Source: Minisyncoccota bacterium
GTDB lineage: Bacteria > Patescibacteriota > Minisyncoccia > Phycocordibacterales > UBA918
Length of the DNA: 64,000 bases
Reading direction: 5' to 3'
Assembly (NCBI GenBank): GCA_041389025.1
Contig: JAWKSP010000002.1
Span: 21,246-85,245, forward strand
Made by a program: the position numbers and the translations under genes. Positions 9,708 to 18,879 of the stretch are shown here, in pieces; within the stretch, counting starts at the first letter, position 1; each line of letters opens with the position of its first letter. The notes under the pieces are model-generated. The model had not been told where the DNA came from, made no database searches, and was given only the letters and a program-made list of their open reading frames with translations.

Positions 9708-12700
9708 ATGTGGGAATTTTTTATTAACAACAAGAGATTTAGCTATTTGATAGTGGTGGTTTTACTTTTGTTTGGACTTTATTCAATTTTATCAATTCCT
9801 AAAGAATCCTCTCCTGAAGTGGTGGTGCCAATTGGAATTGTTACCACTATTCTTCCCGGTGCACCGGCTGTAGATATAGAGACACAAATTACTAATGAAT
9901 TAGAACGTGGGTTATCTGGTTCGCTTGAAAACGTAAAAAAAATAACCTCGAGTTCAAGAGAAGGTGTGTCCTCGATAACGGTTGAGTTTGAAGCTGAAGC
10001 TGATTTAGATAAATCAATCGACTCGCTTAAAGACGAAATCGATAGTCTCTTAAATCGTTTGCCAGCTGACGCTGAAAGACCGGTTGTTAGTGAAGTTAAT
10101 TTTGTGGATCAACCAATAATGACTATAGCTGTTTCTGGTGATCGTACAGAAAAAGAGTTATCTGTTTTAGCTGAAGATATAATTGACGAGCTTGAAGGAG
10201 TTTCTGGGGTGTCTAGGGTGGAAAAAAGTGGTGCCAGAGATCAAGAGGTAACAATTTTGGTTGATCAAGAAACTCTGCTTCGTTATGAGTTGTCTGTTAC
10301 TGATGTAGTTCAAGCGATACGTGTCGCTAATGTGAGTTTTCCAATTGGACAAATCGTAACTGATGGTGTTAGTTATAATATAATTTTTGAATCAAATGCG
10401 GACGCAGTAGAACTTTTATCAAATATTCCAATTACCAGTCTTGGTGGCCAGCCGGTCTTAGTGGCTGACGTGGCCGAGGTTGTGGTTGGATTGTCTCCAG
10501 CTATTACTTACTCCCGTCTTAGTGTGAATAATGAGCCGTCTAATATTTCTTTTACTCTAAATGTTTTTAAACAGAGTGGTGGTGATATTACTGGGATTAC
10601 AGATGATGTAGAAGAAAAACTTGATGTTTTAAAGTCTTCGCTTTTAAACGATTTAACTGTCTACACTGTTTATGACGCTGGAGAAGATATAAAGTCAGAT
10701 TTGACTCAACTTACGAGGTCTGGCTTGCAAACCATTCTTTTTGTAATTGTTATTTTGATGTTAGCAATTGGTTGGCGTGAAGGTTTGATAGCCGGCTTAG
10801 CTATCCCTTTGTCTTTCATGATTGGCTTTATTGGTTTGTATTTATCTGGTAATACCATAAATTTTATTAGTTTATTTGCACTTATTTTAGGAATTGGTGT
10901 TTTGGTTGATTCAGGAATTGTGATCGTGGAAGGGATTAATAAAAAAATAAGTCAAAACCCGAATTTAGACAAAACAGAAGCAGCAAGACAAGTAATTCGT
11001 GAATTTTCCTTCCCACTTACTTCCGGTACTTTAACTACTGTTTCAATGTTTGTGGGGTTATTTATTGTATCTGGCGTAACTGGACAGTTTATTGCTAGCA
11101 TTCCTTTTACTCTTATTTTTATTTTATTTGCTTCATTATTGGTGGCTTTAGGATTTTTGCCACTTATTACTTCTAAATTAATTAAAAAAAGAGCAACAAA
11201 TATAGTAGAAGAAAAACAAAAAATCTTATCGCAAAAATTGGAAAATTACTATAAAGAATCATTAACTAAAATTATTAATAGTTCTAAATTGAAGCGACGT
11301 TTTATCAGTTTGATTATTCTCGGTTTTGTTTCAGCTATTGCTTTAATTCCGCTTGGCTTGGTAAAAGTGGTCTTTTTTGAACAGTCTGACATAAATATAG
11401 TTTATATTGAAGTAGAAGAACCAGAAGGAACTATTAAAGAAACCACTGACCTAGCGGTAAGAAAAGTGGAAGAAAAACTTTTTGCTTATCCGGAAATGAT
11501 AGAGTCATACACAACTACAATTGGATCAGGAAATTTATTTGGGAGCGGTGGTCTTAATCCTAAACTTGGAAATATTCAATTAACCTTACGTGACGACCGG
11601 TCGATGAGTAGTTCTGCTTTTATTGATATTTTGCGAACTGATTTACTTGATATTAAGGATGCAAAAATTACAGTTAATCAACCAAGTGACGGTCCTCCGG
11701 TAGGTGCGCCAATTGGAGTAAAATTATATGGTGATGATCTGCGAGTTCTCTCTGATACTGCTAATGAAATAGCACAAACTTTATCTGAAATACCAAATAC
11801 TCGTAATGTAAAAACTAGCGCTAATACTAACACGACAGAGTTTGTGGTAAATCTTGATCAAGAAAAAGCTTCTATTTACGGTTTAAACTCACAGTTAGTC
11901 TCTCAGACTTTACGAGCAGCGGTAAACGGAACCGAAGCGGTTTCCATTACTTCACTTAATGATGATGTTGAAGTTATTGTTCGTTTAAATCTAAATGAAG
12001 AAAGTATTTCTGATCCAGAATTTGCTAATTGGACTACTCTAAATCGCTTAAGTGAACTTGAATTAGCTACACCTGGTGGAGATAGAATTCCAGTATCTGA
12101 AGTGGCAGATATTACCTTGCGTGAATCAAGTACGGTAATTAGTCATGAAAATCAAAAAAGAATTATGTCAGTTTCAGCTGATATAACAAATTCAGGAAAC
12201 GTAATAGAAATTAATCGTCAGTTAAATGAAAAATTAGAAAATGAGATTAATTTACCTGAAGATGTAACTTACAGTTTTGGTGGTGAGACTGAAGAGTCAG
12301 ATCAGGCCTTTAAAGAAATGTTTTTGGCTTTGATTGTTGGAGTGGTGTTGATGATTGGTGTTCTGGTATTCCAGTTTGATTCTTATCGACATACTTTTTA
12401 TGTGTTATCAATTTTGCCATTTTCTTTAATTGGTATTTTATATGGATTGGCTATTACTGGTAGCTCTCTCTCCTTCCCTTCCATTATGGGTTTTATTGCG
12501 CTAACCGGTATTATTGTAAATAACTCAATTCTTTTGATTGATATGATGAATCGAATGCGAAAAGAAAATCCGACTAAATCTATTCATGATGTTGTAATTG
12601 ATTCTTCAACTAGTAGGTTGCGACCAATTCTTTTAACTTCAATTACTACCATTATGGGTATGGTTCCACTCCTCTCTACTGATGAAATTTGGATTCCTTT

Positions 12701-12785
12701 AGCGACAGCGGTAATGTTTGGATTGGCCTTTTCAGTGGTTATTACTTTGTTTTTGGTACCAATTATTTACAGTAAATGGCGGTGA
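9708..12785 (+). CDS. RND efflux permease (AcrB/AcrD/AcrF family)
   Basis: 1025 aa, about 12 TM; GVLVDSGIVIVE, GIIVNNSILLID, RLRPILLTS. Confidence 0.95.
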   Translation: MWEFFINNKRFSYLIVVVLLLFGLYSILSIPKESSPEVVVPIGIVTTILPGAPAVDIETQITNELERGLSGSLENVKKITSSSREGVSSITVEFEAEADLDKSIDSLKDEIDSLLNRLPADAERPVVSEVNFVDQPIMTIAVSGDRTEKELSVLAEDIIDELEGVSGVSRVEKSGARDQEVTILVDQETLLRYELSVTDVVQAIRVANVSFPIGQIVTDGVSYNIIFESNADAVELLSNIPITSLGGQPVLVADVAEVVVGLSPAITYSRLSVNNEPSNISFTLNVFKQSGGDITGITDDVEEKLDVLKSSLLNDLTVYTVYDAGEDIKSDLTQLTRSGLQTILFVIVILMLAIGWREGLIAGLAIPLSFMIGFIGLYLSGNTINFISLFALILGIGVLVDSGIVIVEGINKKISQNPNLDKTEAARQVIREFSFPLTSGTLTTVSMFVGLFIVSGVTGQFIASIPFTLIFILFASLLVALGFLPLITSKLIKKRATNIVEEKQKILSQKLENYYKESLTKIINSSKLKRRFISLIILGFVSAIALIPLGLVKVVFFEQSDINIVYIEVEEPEGTIKETTDLAVRKVEEKLFAYPEMIESYTTTIGSGNLFGSGGLNPKLGNIQLTLRDDRSMSSSAFIDILRTDLLDIKDAKITVNQPSDGPPVGAPIGVKLYGDDLRVLSDTANEIAQTLSEIPNTRNVKTSANTNTTEFVVNLDQEKASIYGLNSQLVSQTLRAAVNGTEAVSITSLNDDVEVIVRLNLNEESISDPEFANWTTLNRLSELELATPGGDRIPVSEVADITLRESSTVISHENQKRIMSVSADITNSGNVIEINRQLNEKLENEINLPEDVTYSFGGETEESDQAFKEMFLALIVGVVLMIGVLVFQFDSYRHTFYVLSILPFSLIGILYGLAITGSSLSFPSIMGFIALTGIIVNNSILLIDMMNRMRKENPTKSIHDVVIDSSTSRLRPILLTSITTIMGMVPLLSTDEIWIPLATAVMFGLAFSVVITLFLVPIIYSKWR

Positions 12786-12813
12786 GGTAAGGTCTAAATA
12801 GTTTTAAGTAGTT

Positions 12814-12844
12814 AAAAGCCGGCAGACGAAGTCTGCCGGCTTTT
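12814..12844. terminator. Bidirectional terminator
   Basis: AAAAGCCGGCAGAC-gaa-GTCTGCCGGCTTTT between convergent genes. Confidence 0.8.
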
Positions 12845-12847
12845 TAA

Positions 12848-13837
12848 TCATACCCAACCAAAATAATTTGATAAAATACCAGCTATTTGAAATTGGTGTT
12901 GAATAGCTAGAGCTACCGCAATGGAAATTGCTAAACCAAAAAGTAAACGAAGTAAATCTTTTCCAACCAAAGGAAAGACATCAGAAAATTTATAATTTTT
13001 TATCCAAGTAGACATGGCCAACTCACGACCACTTAATAAACCGACAAAAACCCAGGTAGTGGACATTGGTATGCTATTCCACTCTTTAAAAATCAAAAGT
13101 ATCAAGGCGTAAACTAAATCAATAATGGTAGCACTTCTGATATAACGAGTATTTTTCTTCTCTAGAACAATTTGTTGGATTTTTCCACCTTTTTTCCAAA
13201 AAATATAAGCCAGACCTATAACAAATATAGTGAGCACTAAAATAAACTGAAGTAAAGTTAATTCTCTTGGTAAAAATACCGCAACATTAGCGATATCATG
13301 TGAAAGCCAAGTGTACCAAAGAAAACCAGTTGCCAACCATTGGAAAATTCTCCATAATTTTTTTCTGTGTTCTGGCACCGGATTGTTAGCGTTGTCCCAC
13401 TTAAAAATTACAATCCATAATACATAGGCGGTAAGGGCTGCAATACCGTAACCAAGTGCAGACTTGGTTAGTATGCTGGTAAAAACCAAAGAGGAAGCAA
13501 AAGCACTTAGGACCAGTAAGGAAGTAGAAACCGGTATACCAACTCTGGTCAACAAAACTAGCGCCAAAGGCGCTAGTGCGTGATACCATTCTATTTGTAT
13601 AAAAGGTATCTTTTCCAATCTACCTGAAGATATGTCACCACCGCTGGTAAAATAACTTATAGATAAAGTGATTATAAGAATAGTTGAAGCAAAGCCCCAT
13701 AGATAATACCATCTAGTTTTTTGATTGGAGGCTATGAAAGTACCTAAGGTTTGTACGCTATCGTTTGCGATTACTGAATAAGCAGCTAGGAGAAAACCTA
13801 GTATCATCCAGATTATGGCAACATCAATGCCAAACAT
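12848..13837 (-). CDS. PiT (inorganic phosphate transporter)-like membrane protein
   Basis: Multi-TM; ANDSVQTLGT, PVSTS, HDIAN and PMSTT resemble the duplicated PiT signatures; ATG at 13837 chosen because TATAAT lies just upstream. Confidence 0.6.
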   Translation of the reverse strand: MFGIDVAIIWMILGFLLAAYSVIANDSVQTLGTFIASNQKTRWYYLWGFASTILIITLSISYFTSGGDISSGRLEKIPFIQIEWYHALAPLALVLLTRVGIPVSTSLLVLSAFASSLVFTSILTKSALGYGIAALTAYVLWIVIFKWDNANNPVPEHRKKLWRIFQWLATGFLWYTWLSHDIANVAVFLPRELTLLQFILVLTIFVIGLAYIFWKKGGKIQQIVLEKKNTRYIRSATIIDLVYALILLIFKEWNSIPMSTTWVFVGLLSGRELAMSTWIKNYKFSDVFPLVGKDLLRLLFGLAISIAVALAIQHQFQIAGILSNYFGWV

Positions 13838-13926
13838 AATCTGATTATACGGCAACAATTTAAATAAACAACTTTTGCTTGTTGATTTAATTAAATGCTC
13901 GCAATTGCTTGTTGTATACTAAACTT

Positions 13927-15573
13927 ATGAATTATTTGGTAGAACTAAAAGAAAATTTTAAAGGTGAAGTTGAAACTTCTGAGAAAGTTTTAGAAAAATA
14001 TAGTGAAGACACTAGTATCTTTAAAATTATTCCCAAAGCAGTGGTTTTTCCAAAAGATATTGATGATCTAAAAAAAATAATACTGTCTGCAAAAAAATAT
14101 AAAGGTCAAATATCTTTAACAGCTAGATCAGCTGGTACTGATATGTCAGGTGGACCTCTAACTAATTCAGTTGTAGTAGATTTTTTACGTTATTTTAATC
14201 ACATAATATATGTTGATCCACAAAAAGCAATAACTGAACCAGGAGTTTTTTATCGTGATTTTGAACCAAAAACCTTAGCTCATGGTTCACTACTTCCCTC
14301 CTACACGGCTAGTCGTGAATTAAACACAGTTGGCGGTATGGTAGCCAACAATTCAGCTGGGGAAAAATCATTAACTTATGGTAAGACAGAACGATACGTT
14401 AAGAAATTAAAGGTAGTTTTGTCTGATGGTAACGAATATGAATTTCAAAAATTATCTCGTCAAGAGTGGGAAGAAAAAAAGCAGTTAGAGTCTTTTGAGG
14501 GTGATATTTACAGAAAGATAAGCACATTAATTGAGAATAATAAAGATTTAATTAACCAACAAAAACCAATTGTAAATAAAAATTCAGCTGGCTATGGTAT
14601 TTGGAATGTTTATAATCAAACTGAGGATACTTTTGATTTAACTCAACTTTTTGTAGGTTCACAAGGAACTTTAGGTTTAATTTCCGAAATAACTTTTTCT
14701 TTAATACCTGTTCGTAACGAATCAAGAATGTTAGTTATTTTTTTGAGAGATAAACACTTTAAGGAATTGGGGCAAATCGTCAATACTATATTACAATTTG
14801 AGCCAGAAAGTTTTGAATCATATGATGACAAAACTTTTGATGTGATGTTAAAAGTTTTTCCTAAGCTTTTTAAAAAGTTAGGTGGTAATCCTTTTAAGTT
14901 AGTTAAAGATTTTTGGCCGGAAATAAAAATGATTTTTACTGGTGGGGTACCAAAATTAGTTTTGATGGCCGAATTTACCGGTTTTACTGAGGAAGAGGTT
15001 GTAAAAGCTGTTAGACGAGCGGAAAATAAGATTAAAAAAGCTTATGATTTACCAACTCATATTACTGCCACTAAAGCTGAAGCTGATAAATACTGGACTA
15101 TCAGACGCGAAAGTTTCAAGCTTTTAAGAGAAAATGTGAAAGATAAACACACTGCTCCGTTTATTGATGATATGTCTGTTAAGCCAGAGTATTTACCAGA
15201 ATTTTTACCAGAGCTTTATAAAATATTGGATGAATACGATCTGACATACACTGTAGCTGGACATGTTGGAGATGGTAACTTTCATATAATACCTTTAATG
15301 GATTTTTCTAGACCTGATTTTGTGAATATTATTAAAGAGCTATCAGATCGAGTTTATACTTTAGTAGCTAAGTATCATGGCTCAACTACCGGTGAGCATA
15401 ATGACGGTTTAATTCGTACTCCTTATTTATATAAAATATTTTCGCCTGAAATGTTAGATATTTTTAATGAAATAAAAAATATTTTTGATCCATATAAACT
15501 CTTTAATCCACATAAAAAAGTTGATCCTGATATGGATTTACTTGTTTCCTCGATTAAAAAGGGTTATAAGTAG
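13927..15573 (+). CDS. FAD-binding oxidoreductase (GlcD/D-lactate dehydrogenase-like)
   Basis: RSAGTDMSGG, TVGGMVANNSAG, GSQGTLG, GHVGDGNFH, GEHNDG, FDP..LFNP. Confidence 0.9.
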   Translation: MNYLVELKENFKGEVETSEKVLEKYSEDTSIFKIIPKAVVFPKDIDDLKKIILSAKKYKGQISLTARSAGTDMSGGPLTNSVVVDFLRYFNHIIYVDPQKAITEPGVFYRDFEPKTLAHGSLLPSYTASRELNTVGGMVANNSAGEKSLTYGKTERYVKKLKVVLSDGNEYEFQKLSRQEWEEKKQLESFEGDIYRKISTLIENNKDLINQQKPIVNKNSAGYGIWNVYNQTEDTFDLTQLFVGSQGTLGLISEITFSLIPVRNESRMLVIFLRDKHFKELGQIVNTILQFEPESFESYDDKTFDVMLKVFPKLFKKLGGNPFKLVKDFWPEIKMIFTGGVPKLVLMAEFTGFTEEEVVKAVRRAENKIKKAYDLPTHITATKAEADKYWTIRRESFKLLRENVKDKHTAPFIDDMSVKPEYLPEFLPELYKILDEYDLTYTVAGHVGDGNFHIIPLMDFSRPDFVNIIKELSDRVYTLVAKYHGSTTGEHNDGLIRTPYLYKIFSPEMLDIFNEIKNIFDPYKLFNPHKKVDPDMDLLVSSIKKGYK

Positions 15574-15658
15574 ATTATTTTTTTATTCTTACTTTATTTT
15601 ACAAAACATAAAACCATCTGTAATATTGTTAAATTAATGGTTTTAAAACATTATTACT

Positions 15659-17008
15659 GTGACTTTTGAACATTTAAAAACAATTTATCGAGATTTTGAT
15701 ATTAGAGGAAAATACCCAGAAGAAATAACTGATGAAGAAGTAAATAAAATCGCTAAGGCGTTAACTAAGCATTTTAAAATTAGGAAAGTAGCAGTTGGTT
15801 ATGATATTAGACCTTCTGCTGATGCTTTAAGAAAAGCCTTGGTCGATGGTTTTGTTGATAGTGGAGTTGATGTCATTAATATCGGTCTTTGTACTACACC
15901 AATGTCTTACTATATGTGTGGCAATAGCGATGTCGATATGACTGTTATGATTACTGCTTCTCATATGCCGTCTGAGTATAATGGTCTTAAAATTACAGTT
16001 GAGGATTCAAAACCAGTCACCGGTGATATACTTCAAATAATCAGAGAAATTGTTGGTACACACACTTTCTCTGAAACTGTTACACGCGGTAGCGTTACCG
16101 ATCACGCCCTACAACCTGAATGGATAGAAAAATTTAAAAAGAGGCACAACTTAACGGGAGCAGGTTTTAGTATTGTGGTTGATCCAGCTAATATGATTGG
16201 AATACTGGAAATTGACACCTTTAAAGCTTTTGAACCTAACATAACAGTCCATACTATATTTGATACATTTGATCATACTTGCCCAAACCATGAGGCAAAT
16301 CCTTTAAAATCAGAAGTCTTAGCTTTTGTTGGAAACGAAGTAAAAAATAAAAAAGCAGATCTAGGTGTTTCCTTTGATGGTGATGCTGATAGGGTCGGTT
16401 TTGTTGATGAGAACGGTGATATTGTACCAAGTGATTTAATTGGGGCTCTCTTGGCAAGACAGGTTTTGGAAGAAAATAAAGAGTCTACAATAGTGTGTGA
16501 TATTCGTTCTTCCAAAGCTTTGACTGAGGAAATAAAAAAGTTGAAAGGTAAAGTCGTAAGAGAAAAGGTCGGTCACACTCACATACGTTCTAGAATGAGA
16601 AAAGAAAATGCTGTTTTAGGTATCGAGCTTTCTGGACACTTTTTCTTTAAAGAGACATTTTTTTCTGAAGGTGGAGCTTTGCCAGCTTTTTTGATTATGG
16701 AATTGATGAAAAAAGAAAATAAAAAACTTAGCGAGCTGGTAGCTGAAGTACGAAAATATTATCAATCAGGTGAGATAAACAGTACTGTAACTAGAGATAT
16801 TGATGCTATTTATTCTGATATCCAAAAAGAATTTCCTGATATGGATGTTAATCGACAAGATGGACTTACCTTAGAATCAGCAGATTGGTGGTGTAACGTA
16901 CGACCTTCGGCCAATGATCCGGTTATGAGGTTAAATTTAGAAGCCAAGAATAAAGAATTAATGGAAGAGAAACGTGATGTAATTTTAGGGATTATTAGGA
17001 GAAGCTAG
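15659..17008 (+). CDS. Phosphomannomutase/phosphoglucomutase
   Basis: FDIRG, TASHMP (catalytic Ser), DGDADR, ELSGH, VRPSANDP. Confidence 0.93.
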   Translation: MTFEHLKTIYRDFDIRGKYPEEITDEEVNKIAKALTKHFKIRKVAVGYDIRPSADALRKALVDGFVDSGVDVINIGLCTTPMSYYMCGNSDVDMTVMITASHMPSEYNGLKITVEDSKPVTGDILQIIREIVGTHTFSETVTRGSVTDHALQPEWIEKFKKRHNLTGAGFSIVVDPANMIGILEIDTFKAFEPNITVHTIFDTFDHTCPNHEANPLKSEVLAFVGNEVKNKKADLGVSFDGDADRVGFVDENGDIVPSDLIGALLARQVLEENKESTIVCDIRSSKALTEEIKKLKGKVVREKVGHTHIRSRMRKENAVLGIELSGHFFFKETFFSEGGALPAFLIMELMKKENKKLSELVAEVRKYYQSGEINSTVTRDIDAIYSDIQKEFPDMDVNRQDGLTLESADWWCNVRPSANDPVMRLNLEAKNKELMEEKRDVILGIIRRS

Positions 17009-17015
17009 TTTGTAA

Positions 17016-17066
17016 ATAACACCATAAAGGGCGCAAAACTTCGTTTTGCGCCCTTTATGGTGTTAT
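17016..17066. terminator. Perfect 24-bp inverted repeat between PMM and tRNA-Ala
   Basis: ATAACACCATAAAGGGCGCAAAAC-ttc-GTTTTGCGCCCTTTATGGTGTTAT. Confidence 0.8.
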
Positions 17067-17084
17067 CATCAGGGACTTTATTTA

Positions 17085-17160
17085 TGGTGGACCCTAGCGG
17101 ACTTGAACCGCTCACCTCATCCATGCCATGGATGCGCTCTACCGGATGAGCTAAGGGCCC
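17085..17160 (-). tRNA. tRNA-Ala(GGC)
   Basis: GGGCCCT...AGGGTCC-ACCA with G3:U70; anticodon arm CATCC-ATGGCAT-GGATG; GGTTCAAGTCC T-arm. Confidence 0.95.
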
Positions 17161-17263
17161 CTTTTGCAGTGGCATTTTAGCATATAAAATATTTTTAGGC
17201 TAAAAATCAAAAAACATTTTACCAAATAAAGTAAAACCAGCTTTTTTGCTGGTCTTACTTCAT

Positions 17264-17340
17264 TGGTGGACCCGAGAGGATTCGAACCCCCGGCCTCCTC
17301 AGTGCAAATGAGGCGCTCTAGCCAACTGAGCTACGGGCCC
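17264..17340 (-). tRNA. tRNA-Ala(TGC)
   Basis: GGGCCCG...CGGGTCC-ACCA with G3:U70; anticodon arm CCTCA-TTTGCAC-TGAGG; GGTTCGAATCC T-arm. Confidence 0.95.
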
Positions 17341-17389
17341 AATTAAAGGGCGTAAGTATAATATTGGCTTTCAATAATAAAGTCAATAG

Positions 17390-17860
17390 TTAATCAGCAT
17401 TTCTTGTGGTTAAAAACCACGGAGTATTAGGATCAACTGACTGTATGGTACTTCCAATAGCTAAACCAGTATCTGACCATTTTACAAACGAAGCAATTTC
17501 ATTTTCCATTGTTAAGGTATTACCATCTAACAAGGCTTGTCTTTTTGCTGAAGAGTCAACATCGTATATATAAGCTGTACAATTACCAATACTTCCTTGC
17601 ATTTCTTCACATAAAAATACAAATTTTTCATCGTTTGATGGGATAGACATTTTTTGGCTGTGATTTAGTTTGTTGACGGTAGTTGGTGATGAGACGTATA
17701 AGTGCTCGGTGTTAGGTGATGAGTCTGTTAATAAAATAAAACCTGTAACAAAACCTATTACATACGACGTAACTATAATTGCTACTCTTTCATGTCTAGT
17801 TCCTTCCATATTTTTATTATTATACTTGATAAATTTTATAAATAATCGACTTTTCCTCAA
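17390..17860 (-). CDS. Hypothetical membrane-anchored protein (likely start MEGTRHER)
   Basis: TM segment VAIIVTSYVIGFVTGFILL, then a soluble domain with a Cys pair. Confidence 0.6.
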   Translation of the reverse strand: MRKSRLFIKFIKYNNKNMEGTRHERVAIIVTSYVIGFVTGFILLTDSSPNTEHLYVSSPTTVNKLNHSQKMSIPSNDEKFVFLCEEMQGSIGNCTAYIYDVDSSAKRQALLDGNTLTMENEIASFVKWSDTGLAIGSTIQSVDPNTPWFLTTRNAD

Positions 17861-17867
17861 CTTAGTA

Positions 17868-18866
17868 TTAAGCAGTTGAGGTTGTAATAATATGATTAAT
17901 TAAATCCTCATAACGTACACCAACCGACTCAACTATTTTTGTATAAGTAGAATCACATGATAACTCAGGTAATGAATTTATTTCTAAAAAATAAATTTTT
18001 CCATCGTCACTTACTATAAAATCAGATCTAGAGTACTGAGAAAGATTTAGAACAGTATGTATTTTTTCAGCTAGTTGTGAAATTTCGTTTTTAATACTAT
18101 ATGTTAAAGTTGAAGGACAATAAAGATCTCTTTGTTTTTTGAGTTTTGCCTCGTAGGTGAAGTAAGGATAATCACTAGAAAAAATTATTTCTCCAGGAGG
18201 AAAAACGTATGTTTTTTCGTTGCGAAAATTTTCTAACAAAGCTACTGAGATTTCTTTTCCATCAATAAATTCTTCAATTAACCAACGGTCTTGATTGCTT
18301 TTGTTGTTAAATAGTCCAAATAATATAGCTTTTAATTCATAAATATTGGCGGCAAAGTATGAGTCTAACGATGAACTATTGGCTATCGGTTTTATGATAT
18401 AGTTTGGGCCAAAAGAATCTTTAATTAAAGTTACGATTTTTTCTAATTCGTTTACGTCAATAATTTCCGGAAGAACGAAGTGTTGAGGAGTTAACACACC
18501 ATAACTCTTTAAAGTGTTTTTTGTAAAAAGTTTGTTAAAAGCCATAGCTGACGATAGTGATGAACTACCATTAAACTTAATGGATTTTTTTTGCAAAATT
18601 TTTTGTAAACTACCATCTTCAGCTGATTTTCCGTGTAATCCTAAAAAAACAATGTCAGCCCCTTCCAAAAGTAAACTAATATTTCTAGATCGACCTTCTT
18701 CCAGGAACTCCTGATTTTTCGTGACTACTATATCTCTGGTTTGGTAGCCTAATCGATTTAATGTTTTTATAGTATCAGAACCTGTACGCATAGAAATAGC
18801 GTAATTACCATCTTTACCACCACGAAACACTGTAACTCGTTGATTTTTTGGCATAGTAAAACTCAT
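17868..18866 (-). CDS. ddl: D-alanine--D-alanine ligase family ATP-grasp protein (divergent)
   Basis: VFLGLHGKSAEDGSLQ, FNKLFTK, IIKP, EEFIDGKEISV, SRSDFIV, LEINSLP. Confidence 0.75.
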   Translation of the reverse strand: MSFTMPKNQRVTVFRGGKDGNYAISMRTGSDTIKTLNRLGYQTRDIVVTKNQEFLEEGRSRNISLLLEGADIVFLGLHGKSAEDGSLQKILQKKSIKFNGSSSLSSAMAFNKLFTKNTLKSYGVLTPQHFVLPEIIDVNELEKIVTLIKDSFGPNYIIKPIANSSSLDSYFAANIYELKAILFGLFNNKSNQDRWLIEEFIDGKEISVALLENFRNEKTYVFPPGEIIFSSDYPYFTYEAKLKKQRDLYCPSTLTYSIKNEISQLAEKIHTVLNLSQYSRSDFIVSDDGKIYFLEINSLPELSCDSTYTKIVESVGVRYEDLINHIITTSTA

Positions 18867-18879
18867 AAATAATTTTTAA

